A DNA stretch of 64,000 bases from Candidatus Enterousia sp. (GCA_045629645.1 JAZQRR010000027.1:25968-89967), one strand, 5' to 3'. Positions 45,989 through 55,458 are shown, counted from the stretch's first letter. Notes: generated by a model not told the origin, from the sequence alone. Numbers and translations are program-made.

Positions 45989-47206
45989 ATGACATTTAAT
46001 GATATTTTCAAAGAATCTTGGTTATCAATCAGTGGGAATAAAATACGTTCTTTTTTGACTGTATTGGGTATTATTATTGGTGTTATGGCTGTCGTGATAA
46101 TGGTTGCGGTTGGTGAAACTGTGCAAAAGCAAATCACAGACCAGTTTTCATCTTTGGGGACTAATACCATAATGATACGTGCAGGCGCTGCGCAAAGCGC
46201 GGGTGTACGCACGGGAAATCGTCACACATTAACAATCCAAGACGCAGAATTTATTGGTAAATTGCCAGATGTTATGGCTGTAACTCCTGTTCAAAATGGG
46301 GCGGCACAGGTAATTTATGGTAATAAAAACTGGGCGACATCGATGGTTGGTGTATATCCAGACTATACAACGGTTCAGAATGTTGAAATTGAATACGGGA
46401 CATTTTTTGATAATTCTGCGGTTCGTAATGCGTCAACCTATGCGGTTATTGGGCCAGAAACAGCCCAGGAATTAGGTTTGCCAACCAACCCCGTGGGCGA
46501 GGTTATTCGTATTCAAAATACGCCATTTGTAATTATCGGTGTAACCAAGGCCAAGGGCGATTCTGCCATGGGCAGTCAGGATGATATGGTAATTATTCCA
46601 ATAACAACATTGAAAAAGCGTTTGCAAGGGTCACGTTTTCCAAATTCTGTAAATATGGTTGCATTAAAGTTGTTTGCAGATTCTGATAACACCATGGCTA
46701 TCGAGCAAATGACAGCATTATTGCGTCAGCGTCATCGTCTGAAAGATGATATTGCGGACGATTTCCAGATTATGGATATGAAGCAAATTATGGAAACAAT
46801 GAATACTGTAACGGGATATTTAAAATTGTTATTAATTGCGATTGCGGCGGTGTCGCTTTTGGTTGGTGCGATTGGCATTATGAATATGATGTTAGTATCT
46901 GTGGCCGAACGCACGCGTGAAATCGGTATTCGCAAGGCGATTGGTGCGCGTGAACGTATGATAATAATTCAGTTCTTATCAGAATCTGTATTGATATCTT
47001 TCATCGGTTCGATGATTGGTTTGGTAATTGGTGTTGGTTTATCCCAGGGCGTTGGCAGATTTATATTGGGTTATAATGTTCCGTTCAGCATATGGCCGGT
47101 TGTGTTATCTGTATCTGTTGCTGTAATTGTTGGATTGTCTTCTGGTGTTATGCCTGCAATGAAGGCGGCAAAATTAAATCCGATTGACAGTTTGCGTCAT
47201 GAATAA
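45989..47206 (+). CDS. ABC transporter permease (MacB/FtsX family)
   Basis: 405 aa from the ATG at 45989, which lies 8 nt after GGGGA. The layout is an N-terminal TM, a periplasmic core domain, and a C-terminal FtsX 3-TM bundle. Confidence 0.85.
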   Translation: MTFNDIFKESWLSISGNKIRSFLTVLGIIIGVMAVVIMVAVGETVQKQITDQFSSLGTNTIMIRAGAAQSAGVRTGNRHTLTIQDAEFIGKLPDVMAVTPVQNGAAQVIYGNKNWATSMVGVYPDYTTVQNVEIEYGTFFDNSAVRNASTYAVIGPETAQELGLPTNPVGEVIRIQNTPFVIIGVTKAKGDSAMGSQDDMVIIPITTLKKRLQGSRFPNSVNMVALKLFADSDNTMAIEQMTALLRQRHRLKDDIADDFQIMDMKQIMETMNTVTGYLKLLLIAIAAVSLLVGAIGIMNMMLVSVAERTREIGIRKAIGARERMIIIQFLSESVLISFIGSMIGLVIGVGLSQGVGRFILGYNVPFSIWPVVLSVSVAVIVGLSSGVMPAMKAAKLNPIDSLRHE

Positions 47207-47236
47207 AATAACCGCCGTTTGGCGGTTGTTTTTTTA
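47205..47236. terminator. Bidirectional rho-independent terminator
   Basis: ACCGCC-GTTT-GGCGGT hairpin followed by a T-run. Confidence 0.7.
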
Positions 47237-48553
47237 TTTTTTCTTGGTTGCTTCTTTGATTGCCTTGTACCATTTTGATACTGTATCTTTGGAACTGGAA
47301 TACATTTGATGTACATCTTTTTGCAGGTTACTGCCCAGTTCGTGGGAAATTCTTCCACCCCAATCCTGTGCGCGTTCATTTGCTGTTTTTGCAATCCACC
47401 ATGTCAGCGCCGCAATCAGTGATGTTATCCAGAAACTGTTGTTGTTCAAACTGGGGGTATTAGTTACAGTATCAAATGTGATAATGGTGGATAATAATCC
47501 TGTGCATACAGCGATAATTATAGCCATTGAAATAAAGTATAATGCGGCATTAATAAAACGTTCTACTTGCGATTTTAATGATTCTGCGCTGAACAAACCT
47601 ATAAATCCATTAAATATGTTTCCTGCGATACCTGTGTACGTTGTTTTGCCAATAGTTTCTGCAATTGCAGTAAAAGGCAACATTATAATCCCCAAGAATA
47701 AGTCTGCGATAACACCAAACGCAATAAATGCAAATTTCCATGCCAAGTATATAAATCCTGCAACAAAAGCACCCCCAGATAAAAAAGTAAAAGCGCTGTT
47801 GCCGATACCGTGTGTTATCCAACCCCACCCAACAGCAATCGCAGTATAACAAAATCCGGACAGTCTGGTTGGTACGCACATAATATTTGCTGCGCTGATG
47901 GGGTCTATTAAATTGTCTTTTGATATATTCGCAACAGCATAATCTTGTATTGCTTTGCATGTGTCTGGCAGACTGACGCCAGTTGTTGCGCTGATTGCGT
48001 CCATAATAATATCTGCCAGATATGTTCCAACAAACATAATTGGTGATATTATTGTCATAAACAATTTGGCGGGACCGATTGTCAGTACGCTAATCCATAC
48101 AGATACGATTAAGGCTTTTTTTCCTATTTCTATTAATTTTTCTTTGGCCTTACTTTCGCCTTTGATGATTGTGTATGCTTCAAAAGCAATCCAAAAACCA
48201 AACGCTGCGATAATAAACATTATTACAAATCGCACTAACGAATTATCCAAAACGTCTGCAACAAATGAAAAAGCGTTCATAAATGCCAAGCCGACCTTGG
48301 CTTCGATTGGGACATAGTTTTCAACCAGCTGATTTTTCGAGTGTTCATACATCTGATCGAAATCGTATTTTAAGCTGGACAAGAAACGTAGTCTGTTATT
48401 TTCTGTTGTCCAAGAACCAAAATCCCCAATGTTTGGCATACCCACATCGGCATTTCCTTGCAGATTAGAAGTTGCTGCGAACGCGCCAGATGCCATTGTT
48501 ACAGCAAAAACAGCGATAATAATTTTTGATAAAATAGTTTTCAAGATTCTCAT
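47234..48553 (-). CDS. VirB6/TrbL-like polytopic membrane protein, paralog 1
   Basis: 439 aa with a signal peptide (..ASGAFA-AT) and multiple TM segments. It shares the IISPIMFVG and MLPFTAIA segments with the four neighbouring paralogs. Its ATG overlaps the stop of paralog 2. Confidence 0.55.
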   Translation of the reverse strand: MRILKTILSKIIIAVFAVTMASGAFAATSNLQGNADVGMPNIGDFGSWTTENNRLRFLSSLKYDFDQMYEHSKNQLVENYVPIEAKVGLAFMNAFSFVADVLDNSLVRFVIMFIIAAFGFWIAFEAYTIIKGESKAKEKLIEIGKKALIVSVWISVLTIGPAKLFMTIISPIMFVGTYLADIIMDAISATTGVSLPDTCKAIQDYAVANISKDNLIDPISAANIMCVPTRLSGFCYTAIAVGWGWITHGIGNSAFTFLSGGAFVAGFIYLAWKFAFIAFGVIADLFLGIIMLPFTAIAETIGKTTYTGIAGNIFNGFIGLFSAESLKSQVERFINAALYFISMAIIIAVCTGLLSTIITFDTVTNTPSLNNNSFWITSLIAALTWWIAKTANERAQDWGGRISHELGSNLQKDVHQMYSSSKDTVSKWYKAIKEATKKK

Positions 48554-50007
48554 TATTTTTTACCGATTTTATCAACCACTTTTTTTGTCAGTTCTATTGG
48601 TGCCTTAAAGGCCTGTTTGCCTAAATCGTGCAACCAATCGCCGTATTCAAAGAATTTATCATCTTTGTTTGGTTTTAATCCTGCCAGTAATTTATCGACC
48701 TTGGGGCTAAGCGCATAGAAGTACAACAAGAACAGACATGTCATCATTAATATAAAATCCCATCCATTGTCCAAGAAATCAAAAGCATTTGGATATTTTC
48801 TTTCCACTTCGGCCTTGCGTGCGGTGAAACAATTTTTAAATTTTTCTGCGTCCATTTCCCCATCAACCAGCGCCACAGATTCACAAGTTGAAAATACGTT
48901 CATCACAGACAGTGTTTGTGCATCTGGGTTTTCTGGGACCTGTCCCAGCATTGGTGGTAATATGGCGCTGTATCCATCTTTTGGTCCAGGGAAAAATGTG
49001 TCTGCCGTATATGAAACAGTCGCGTAAATTATTATTACTTTCAGTGTTATTGCAATTATTTGTACTGCAGCACGGACCAGCATATCTATTGCGCGTTTAA
49101 ACAATTCTTTGGCGACTTTCCATGCTTCTTCAAATGCTGCTGCGCCCAGTAACAAAGGTAAGAATATTATCACAAATATTAATTTGAATATGACTGTCAG
49201 AATTTGAAACACTAAATCGAAACCGATTAATAAAAACATCAACACCAGACACAGACCTGCAATCCATGTTAGTGCGCCTGCGCCCATCCCCAGCCATGCA
49301 TAATTCATCAATGCAAAACCACCGGCCGCCCCCGCCAGCATAACGCTGTTTATATTTCCCATAACACACATAAAAGGTTGTAATATCGGGTTTAAAATAT
49401 CTTTTGATTTGTCTGATGTTTTTTCCGGCGCATAACACTTCGCAGCAGTATTTACCCCTGTTGCAGCCATTGATAGTTCTGCGCCGACATACATCACGGG
49501 TGTAATGGTTATTTGTGTAACCGTCTTTAATGCACCTGTTCCCCCCATACCAATTGCGCCAATCAATGTGCCAACAATCATCAGGCGTAATGCCAGTTTC
49601 CATACCTTGTCGAACCAACCTTTGAACGCCAGATTTTTTTCTTTGCCATCCAGTTTTGTTGTATTTTTTGCAGCGTCAAACAAATATTGTGCTGTATGTA
49701 TAAATAAAAATATTCCAAAGCCAACAACCATCAGTATCCACAGGTTGTCCAACATCGCTGTCCAGAATTTTTGTGTTGCATCACCCAGTACATAAAACAG
49801 TTCTGCAATATATTTACATAAAAAACATCCGTTTGCAGACGCAATATCGCCATTTTGTACACCAATAGCAACCATAAAGTTGTCCATGCTGGTATATGTT
49901 AATGCCGCGTCATTCAATGCAGAAGATAAATACCAAACACCCAACCCCAAGGCAATGCACCACATCAACACTTTTATGCCCAACAAGATAAGGTTTTTTT
50001 TCAACAT
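48553..50007 (-). CDS. VirB6/TrbL-like polytopic membrane protein, paralog 2
   Basis: 484 aa with an N-proximal CFLC motif, the ITPVMYVG segment, and LPLLLGAAAFEEAWK (a P-x7-F-x3-W segment). Confidence 0.6.
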   Translation of the reverse strand: MLKKNLILLGIKVLMWCIALGLGVWYLSSALNDAALTYTSMDNFMVAIGVQNGDIASANGCFLCKYIAELFYVLGDATQKFWTAMLDNLWILMVVGFGIFLFIHTAQYLFDAAKNTTKLDGKEKNLAFKGWFDKVWKLALRLMIVGTLIGAIGMGGTGALKTVTQITITPVMYVGAELSMAATGVNTAAKCYAPEKTSDKSKDILNPILQPFMCVMGNINSVMLAGAAGGFALMNYAWLGMGAGALTWIAGLCLVLMFLLIGFDLVFQILTVIFKLIFVIIFLPLLLGAAAFEEAWKVAKELFKRAIDMLVRAAVQIIAITLKVIIIYATVSYTADTFFPGPKDGYSAILPPMLGQVPENPDAQTLSVMNVFSTCESVALVDGEMDAEKFKNCFTARKAEVERKYPNAFDFLDNGWDFILMMTCLFLLYFYALSPKVDKLLAGLKPNKDDKFFEYGDWLHDLGKQAFKAPIELTKKVVDKIGKK

Positions 50008-51212
50008 TATTTATCTTTCTTTTCTGTTTTATCTTTGGTTTCGCCACCGTTAATAATTGTCTTGCCAACGGTTACAGCATTATCGAACGCTTTCTTGGTC
50101 AACGTCATCATATCGTTTGCGAATTGTTCGCCATATTTGTTGTTTTCTTCGACATTAAATGCGCCCAAGACCATTTTTGTAACTTGTGGTATCTGATTGA
50201 ATATATAATTTAGTACATATACCAAGGCAACACAACCAATCAATGACATTGTATATAAATTATCAGTGTTTAAATCATCGGCGAAAATTTGTCCACTGGT
50301 AATTGAATCCATCAAATTTGTAACATTTGCATCGGGTGCAGAAAAGAACTTTGCAATAATTACCATAATGACAGTATAGGTCAGTACGACGGACCCCAGT
50401 GTAACGATTGCGTTTATCAGATTTTTTATTTGATTAACACCGACAGTTTTCCCCATTCCACTAATCCATTTTGGAACATGTTCTGCGCCCGAGAAAGGTA
50501 TGCTGACCAATGATATTGGGAAAAAGAACGCAAAGAAAGCCATCGCGACAATCGCGTCTGCAAAATAACAACAGTATTTAAAGAATATTTTTAAAAATCC
50601 CCATGCGATATACAAACCAATCAAGAATAATAAAAGGTGTTTTATAAAACTGCCAACGCTCAACAATGCTTTCCATGAAAAAGCATTGTCCATTACCGCA
50701 ACCCCCAGTTTCATATAAGATTGGAATTGTGTAATTGTTGTTTTCATTATCATTATGATTGTATCGCGTAGTTTTGGTCGGAAAAATCCGTTTTCTTCTA
50801 TTTTTAACGGTTCATAATCTACTTTTTCATTAACGATATCATTGTTTGATTTTATCATTGCCTGTGAATATTGCAGGGTAATTTCTGCCACAGGTTCAAA
50901 CGTAACTGTTGTTATAAATCTGGGTACGCTTAACCCCGCCCCCAGCAGAGTCAACGCAATAAAAGATGTAATGATTACACGAACAACAGATTTTTGTAAA
51001 AAAGGATCAGGTACACCTTTTTTGAAGTTTTGATAAACGGCATTAAATACGAACGCGGTGAATATAAATGCGAACAATATGACGCAAACTTCACCAAACT
51101 TTTCATATACTGCGGCCGCTGTGTTTGATATTATTTCAAACAGTTTATCAAACACCGCGCATCCCCAGCACTGAACGTTTTCTTCTATCAAAGAGTTTAT
51201 CCATGCGTTCAT
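50007..51212 (-). CDS. VirB6/TrbL-like polytopic membrane protein, paralog 3
   Basis: 401 aa with CWGC near the N-terminus, the FEPVAEIT segment, and FPISLVSIPFSGAEHVPKWI (a P-x7-F-x7-KW segment). Confidence 0.6.
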   Translation of the reverse strand: MNAWINSLIEENVQCWGCAVFDKLFEIISNTAAAVYEKFGEVCVILFAFIFTAFVFNAVYQNFKKGVPDPFLQKSVVRVIITSFIALTLLGAGLSVPRFITTVTFEPVAEITLQYSQAMIKSNNDIVNEKVDYEPLKIEENGFFRPKLRDTIIMIMKTTITQFQSYMKLGVAVMDNAFSWKALLSVGSFIKHLLLFLIGLYIAWGFLKIFFKYCCYFADAIVAMAFFAFFFPISLVSIPFSGAEHVPKWISGMGKTVGVNQIKNLINAIVTLGSVVLTYTVIMVIIAKFFSAPDANVTNLMDSITSGQIFADDLNTDNLYTMSLIGCVALVYVLNYIFNQIPQVTKMVLGAFNVEENNKYGEQFANDMMTLTKKAFDNAVTVGKTIINGGETKDKTEKKDK

Positions 51213-52465
51213 TTTGATTTAAACCATCCTGATACGTTTTTTAATTGTTTTCCCAAATTGTGTGCGCCACCCCACAGTGTCTTGGAATCGGTTATGACAC
51301 TGTCATACAATGTTGTCATACCGGAACCAACATACATATTCAGTTGTTTCTTGGTCAGGTCAAATATTTTGAACATCAGATAAAATGTTAATATCGCAGA
51401 CAACCATAAAATAGAATGTTGTCCAAATCCCATTGCGTTTTGTGCGACCTGTGGCACATTAGAATTTGCAAATCCGCCTGCGCTGACCACAAATACCGAA
51501 GAATTCCATTGAAACAGCGCCCTGATTATTGCGACGTTTATAGACAATATAAATGCGCAAGCAATCATTGTTACAATAAGTTGCTGTAATGCCTTGGTTA
51601 TACCGCTGAATGCGGGCCATATGTCAAACCATTTGTCGCTGTGTTTGAATACATATGTCAGAACATAGAACGGATACAGTATTATTTGCATACCGAAATT
51701 AAATATTCCTTGGATAATTAGTAATGCCATAAATATATTGCAAGAAACAAACGTAAATATCAAAATGATTCCAGTTATAATATTCATTAAATCTTCGCCA
51801 CCATGTAGTATCGGTGTCATTAATCCGCGCAATCCATTTGTAACAAATCTAAATCCACGTTTTATAACTTGGTTATTTGCGTGTGATAAATCGGCAACTG
51901 GTTGTGTCAGGAATTTACAAGAATCTTCTGAAATCCACGCCTTTTGTACAACGTCTTCGGGGCATTCGACCGGTGTGGTATGTACGTTAATGCCACTTAT
52001 ATTTTCAACAATATGATTGGTATAAATTGCGCCAAATTCTAAAAACGGATTTATCAGCCATTGCGTTAAATATACGGGTTTCAGTTGTAATAAAGCCAAC
52101 GCAGCAATAACTGCACGCAGTCCAGGTTTTAAAACATTTTCAAAAATTTTCGTGCCAGAAAAATTATTATCAACCCCAGACATACCAAAAATAGATGCCC
52201 ATGATTTTGGAATGTACAGTTTTAATAAATACAGTGCAATACTGATGCCCAGAAAAGACCAAACAAAAATATAAATGATTCCATTGCCATTTCCAACAAA
52301 GTATTCATACATACCTGTTGCGACCATCATCAACGCATCCAGTACCAACGGCACAAACGGCGACAGGTCCAGTGCGTCAATAATATCTGCTGCGGACGCA
52401 ACAGATGGTGCAATAAACATTGCACTGATAATCAGGCTGTGAAACAGTTTTTTTAATAAATTCAT
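51209..52465 (-). CDS. VirB6/TrbL-like polytopic membrane protein, paralog 4
   Basis: 418 aa from the ATG at 52465 (MNLLKKLFHSLIISAMFIAPSVASA signal peptide). The track ORF starts at an upstream TTG. It has the INPFLEFG segment and YPFYVLTYVFKHSDKWF. Confidence 0.6.
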   Translation of the reverse strand: MNLLKKLFHSLIISAMFIAPSVASAADIIDALDLSPFVPLVLDALMMVATGMYEYFVGNGNGIIYIFVWSFLGISIALYLLKLYIPKSWASIFGMSGVDNNFSGTKIFENVLKPGLRAVIAALALLQLKPVYLTQWLINPFLEFGAIYTNHIVENISGINVHTTPVECPEDVVQKAWISEDSCKFLTQPVADLSHANNQVIKRGFRFVTNGLRGLMTPILHGGEDLMNIITGIILIFTFVSCNIFMALLIIQGIFNFGMQIILYPFYVLTYVFKHSDKWFDIWPAFSGITKALQQLIVTMIACAFILSINVAIIRALFQWNSSVFVVSAGGFANSNVPQVAQNAMGFGQHSILWLSAILTFYLMFKIFDLTKKQLNMYVGSGMTTLYDSVITDSKTLWGGAHNLGKQLKNVSGWFKSK

Positions 52466-52533
52466 TCTCTCGTAAATATTTATTTTTATCAATTATATCA
52501 CATTTGTTTCAAAATGTGGTATAGTTAAAAACA

Positions 52534-53832
52534 ATGAATCGGTTAAAAAAATTTTGGACGGCGTTTTTAGCATTTTTACCCTGTGCATCTGGTGCGGCGG
52601 TTCCTTTTTTATTGGCTGGTGCTGCTGGGGTTGGGGTAATTGCCGGTTTTTCTATATATCGTTCGTCTGTTCCGGTTAATATGGCGGACGCGTTAAAGTT
52701 TTTTTCCAGTTGTTGGTCTTGTCAGATGTTTTCTGACATTATGTCAACAATGTCGGGGTTGTTGCCCAGAATATACAGTGCGCTGGGACATACCATTGTA
52801 CCATTTGCGATAATTTTAACAGCGGTGTGGTTTGCGTGGACGTTGTTAAGCAGTTTTATGAATTCTTCGGTTGAAAAACCGTGGAGTATATCGGAAAAAT
52901 TCGGCATCCATGTTTTAAAGTTGGGTTTTGTGTCTGCTTTGTTGGTGGCGCCATTACCCCGTATGATTACAAATATTGCCATAGAGCCGATATTTAACAT
53001 TGGTCTGTCTTTGAATCGTATGGCGGTTCATGATGACAGTTTTGATTCTTGTGTTGTTGCGACTGCGTTGGCAGATCCTGTGTCTGTTGATTCGCGTGCG
53101 GCAGAATCTGGTGCGTTTTCACCAAAACTACGTCATAATTTGACATGTGAATTGGCGGGTGTGCATCAGTTGACTGGTCTGGGGATGACGGTTGGTTGGA
53201 CGATGTTAAATATGGCATTTGACCATGATTATATGCATAAAATTATGTGGGGTACGCCGATTTTTCCAAATGTACCAATGTTTTTTATTGGTGCGATGAT
53301 AATGTTGTTATTTGCTGCGGCGTTACTGCCAGTTCCATTGTATTTTTTAGAAGTCTTTATAAAATTGTCCATGGATTTGGTTATGTTGCCGTTGATGTTA
53401 TTGGCGTGGTTGTTTTCTGGTTGGAAAATATCATTAGCGGGTGCGGGCACAACGATTCGCAAAATGATAGACAATGTAATATCTGCAATACTTGGCATTG
53501 CGATGGTTGGGGTTTTTGTATCTTTTGCGATAATGTTTTTAAATGCTGTGTTTGGCGACTGGGGCGGGGCCAGTAATTTGATTACGGCATTAAATTCCAG
53601 CGAATCGCAAGGCAGTAAATATTTGATGGATGCCTTGATGTTGCGTAACGACAGTGTGATTACGATTATAATGATGGGTATCTTTATTGCGATGTTTATG
53701 ATATCTATACCTGCGCTGGTAAAATCATTGTTCAGTGTCCAGATTTCAACAGAATACTATGATAAATGGAAGAAAAACTTGGAAATATTGGGTGCCAATG
53801 CCAAAAAATGGTACGAATCGTTAAAAAAATAA
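52534..53832 (+). CDS. VirB6/TrbL-like polytopic membrane protein, paralog 5 (divergently transcribed)
   Basis: 432 aa with a CWSC motif, the IEPIFNIG segment and LPLMLLAWLFSGWK. Confidence 0.6.
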   Translation: MNRLKKFWTAFLAFLPCASGAAVPFLLAGAAGVGVIAGFSIYRSSVPVNMADALKFFSSCWSCQMFSDIMSTMSGLLPRIYSALGHTIVPFAIILTAVWFAWTLLSSFMNSSVEKPWSISEKFGIHVLKLGFVSALLVAPLPRMITNIAIEPIFNIGLSLNRMAVHDDSFDSCVVATALADPVSVDSRAAESGAFSPKLRHNLTCELAGVHQLTGLGMTVGWTMLNMAFDHDYMHKIMWGTPIFPNVPMFFIGAMIMLLFAAALLPVPLYFLEVFIKLSMDLVMLPLMLLAWLFSGWKISLAGAGTTIRKMIDNVISAILGIAMVGVFVSFAIMFLNAVFGDWGGASNLITALNSSESQGSKYLMDALMLRNDSVITIIMMGIFIAMFMISIPALVKSLFSVQISTEYYDKWKKNLEILGANAKKWYESLKK

Positions 53833-53900
53833 AAAATCAAGCAGTTTATTTAACCAAGTGCTCTTTTTTATATGTTCCGAATCTGATATAATTCATAGCG

Positions 53901-54410
53901 ATGAAAAAGTTTCCGATTCTTTACTGGCCACGTACAACCAAGGGGGATGAGTGTTATCAGCTCTCGCGCAAGGTTATAAATAACACAGTTGGTGTTATGC
54001 CTGATGTTTGTACAGATGATTTGGATATTTCTGATTATCTGGCGTCCAACCCAGATGCTGTAATATATTATCCTGTATTTTGTGGTTCTACTGGCTGGTG
54101 GGGCGAATTGTTGGGTGGTAACGCAGTTGTCTGTGACAAGTTGATAATATCTCCGGAATGTCAATTAATGGTGATAAAATCAAAGCAAAATGCCAAATCA
54201 GAAGGAAAAAATCAACTGCTGGCGGCTGAAATTTGTCCGACCAGTGGTTTTTTCAAGAAAATGAATTCTTCGATTGCAACTGTTGCGGATATGTTGGCGA
54301 CTGATACAGGTACGATATTGGCGCTGTTTTCGGGGCACAGCACATCTCAGTTTATAAATGTGTTGGAATCGACAGGAAATTCTTATCTTGGGTGCATTGG
54401 CAGATATTAA
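53901..54410 (+). CDS. Hypothetical Cys-containing protein downstream of VirB6-like paralog 5
   Basis: 169 aa with 7 Cys and no obvious signal peptide or TM segment. I recognise no family. Confidence 0.4.
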   Translation: MKKFPILYWPRTTKGDECYQLSRKVINNTVGVMPDVCTDDLDISDYLASNPDAVIYYPVFCGSTGWWGELLGGNAVVCDKLIISPECQLMVIKSKQNAKSEGKNQLLAAEICPTSGFFKKMNSSIATVADMLATDTGTILALFSGHSTSQFINVLESTGNSYLGCIGRY

Positions 54411-54424
54411 AATATTATTATTGC

Positions 54425-54452
54425 TTGATTTCTGTAAAAATATTTGTATAAT
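54425..54452 (+). promoter_or_regulatory. Sigma70-like promoter for rpmE
   Basis: TTGATT-16 nt-TATAAT, about 32 nt upstream of the rpmE ATG. Confidence 0.45.
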
Positions 54453-54483
54453 TCGCGAGCTAAAATAAAAAAAGGTAAGTATT

Positions 54484-54696
54484 ATGAAACAAGGAATTCA
54501 TCCAGAATACCACGCGAACAACGTTACACGTACAGATGGTTCGACAATCGTAATCTATTCTTCTGTTAAGAAAGATATGATTTTATCTACTGATAATTTG
54601 AATCATTCTGCATGGACTGGTCAGCGCTCTAACGTCAGCGAAAAAGGTCAACGTGCGTCTAAATTTAACAACAAGTTCGCTGGGTTCAAATTTTAA
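54484..54696 (+). CDS. rpmE: 50S ribosomal protein L31
   Basis: 70 aa, beginning MKQGIHPEY. Confidence 0.9.
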   Translation: MKQGIHPEYHANNVTRTDGSTIVIYSSVKKDMILSTDNLNHSAWTGQRSNVSEKGQRASKFNNKFAGFKF

Positions 54697-54726
54697 GATT
54701 AACCTGAATTTTATGGGGGTTGCGAC

Positions 54727-55431
54727 ATGGAACTGTTGATAAAAGGTTCAACTGAACTGAACAAGATGTTTATGGCGTTACAACGTACGGCATCTGGTTT
54801 GCGTCGCGATTTTGGAGAGGTGGAAAATCTGCAACAATCGTTGCGGGGTGCACGTGATTTTGTGCAAAAGGCTGCAAACAGAATCGAAGAAAGCATATTA
54901 TCTGACTTGTTGTTGGTTCGTCCATCGGCTGGTTTGTTAACGCCGAACGTATCGCGTACGGGCGATGGTCGTGACGAATTTGTTTTGGCATTGTCTGGTG
55001 CATCTAATTTTGTTCGTGGAAATCCTCATTTTGCGATATCGTTGGCGTTACGCTCTAATGACGAGACGAAAATTGCATTGGTTTATTCTCCGATTGATGA
55101 ACGTTTGTATTATGCAGAATCAGGACGTGGCGCATATGTGTTTTCAGCGTTCCATTCTGCCAAGATAAAAGTTTCTAATTTATCTGATGCGTCAGAATTG
55201 ACGGTTGCATATAACACTTCTGATGCGCGTCCATTGGTTGGCAGTGTTCGTCGTACGGGTTGTCCTGCGCTGGATTTGGCGTGGGTTGCTGCGGGTAAGT
55301 TTGATGCGTTTGTTTCAGACCCATTGGATTTTGCAGAAATTGCCGCGGGCGATTTAATTGTACGCGAAGCGGGTGGCACAATTGAAATGATGGCGGACTT
55401 GGTTGCGTCAAACGGTAAAATAGAATTCTAA
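54727..55431 (+). CDS. Inositol monophosphatase/SuhB-family protein with degenerate metal-binding motifs
   Basis: 234 aa with an IMPase-like fold signature (NF.RG.PHFAISLAL, VREAGG). The DPIDGT motif is replaced by LALSGAS and WD.AAG by LDFAEIAAG. Confidence 0.65.
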   Translation: MELLIKGSTELNKMFMALQRTASGLRRDFGEVENLQQSLRGARDFVQKAANRIEESILSDLLLVRPSAGLLTPNVSRTGDGRDEFVLALSGASNFVRGNPHFAISLALRSNDETKIALVYSPIDERLYYAESGRGAYVFSAFHSAKIKVSNLSDASELTVAYNTSDARPLVGSVRRTGCPALDLAWVAAGKFDAFVSDPLDFAEIAAGDLIVREAGGTIEMMADLVASNGKIEF

Positions 55432-55458
55432 AAAAATCCGGCATTTGCCGGATTTTTA
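55430..55458 (+). terminator. Rho-independent terminator
   Basis: ATCCGGC-ATTT-GCCGGAT hairpin followed by a T-run. Confidence 0.7.

Noticed and set aside
53868-54164. 98-aa minus-strand ORF overlapping the 169-aa plus-strand ORF.
   Set aside because: It has no RBS, is antisense to a longer ORF that continues the operon direction, and its composition is typical of a shadow frame. Neither ORF has homology support, so I kept the longer co-directional one.
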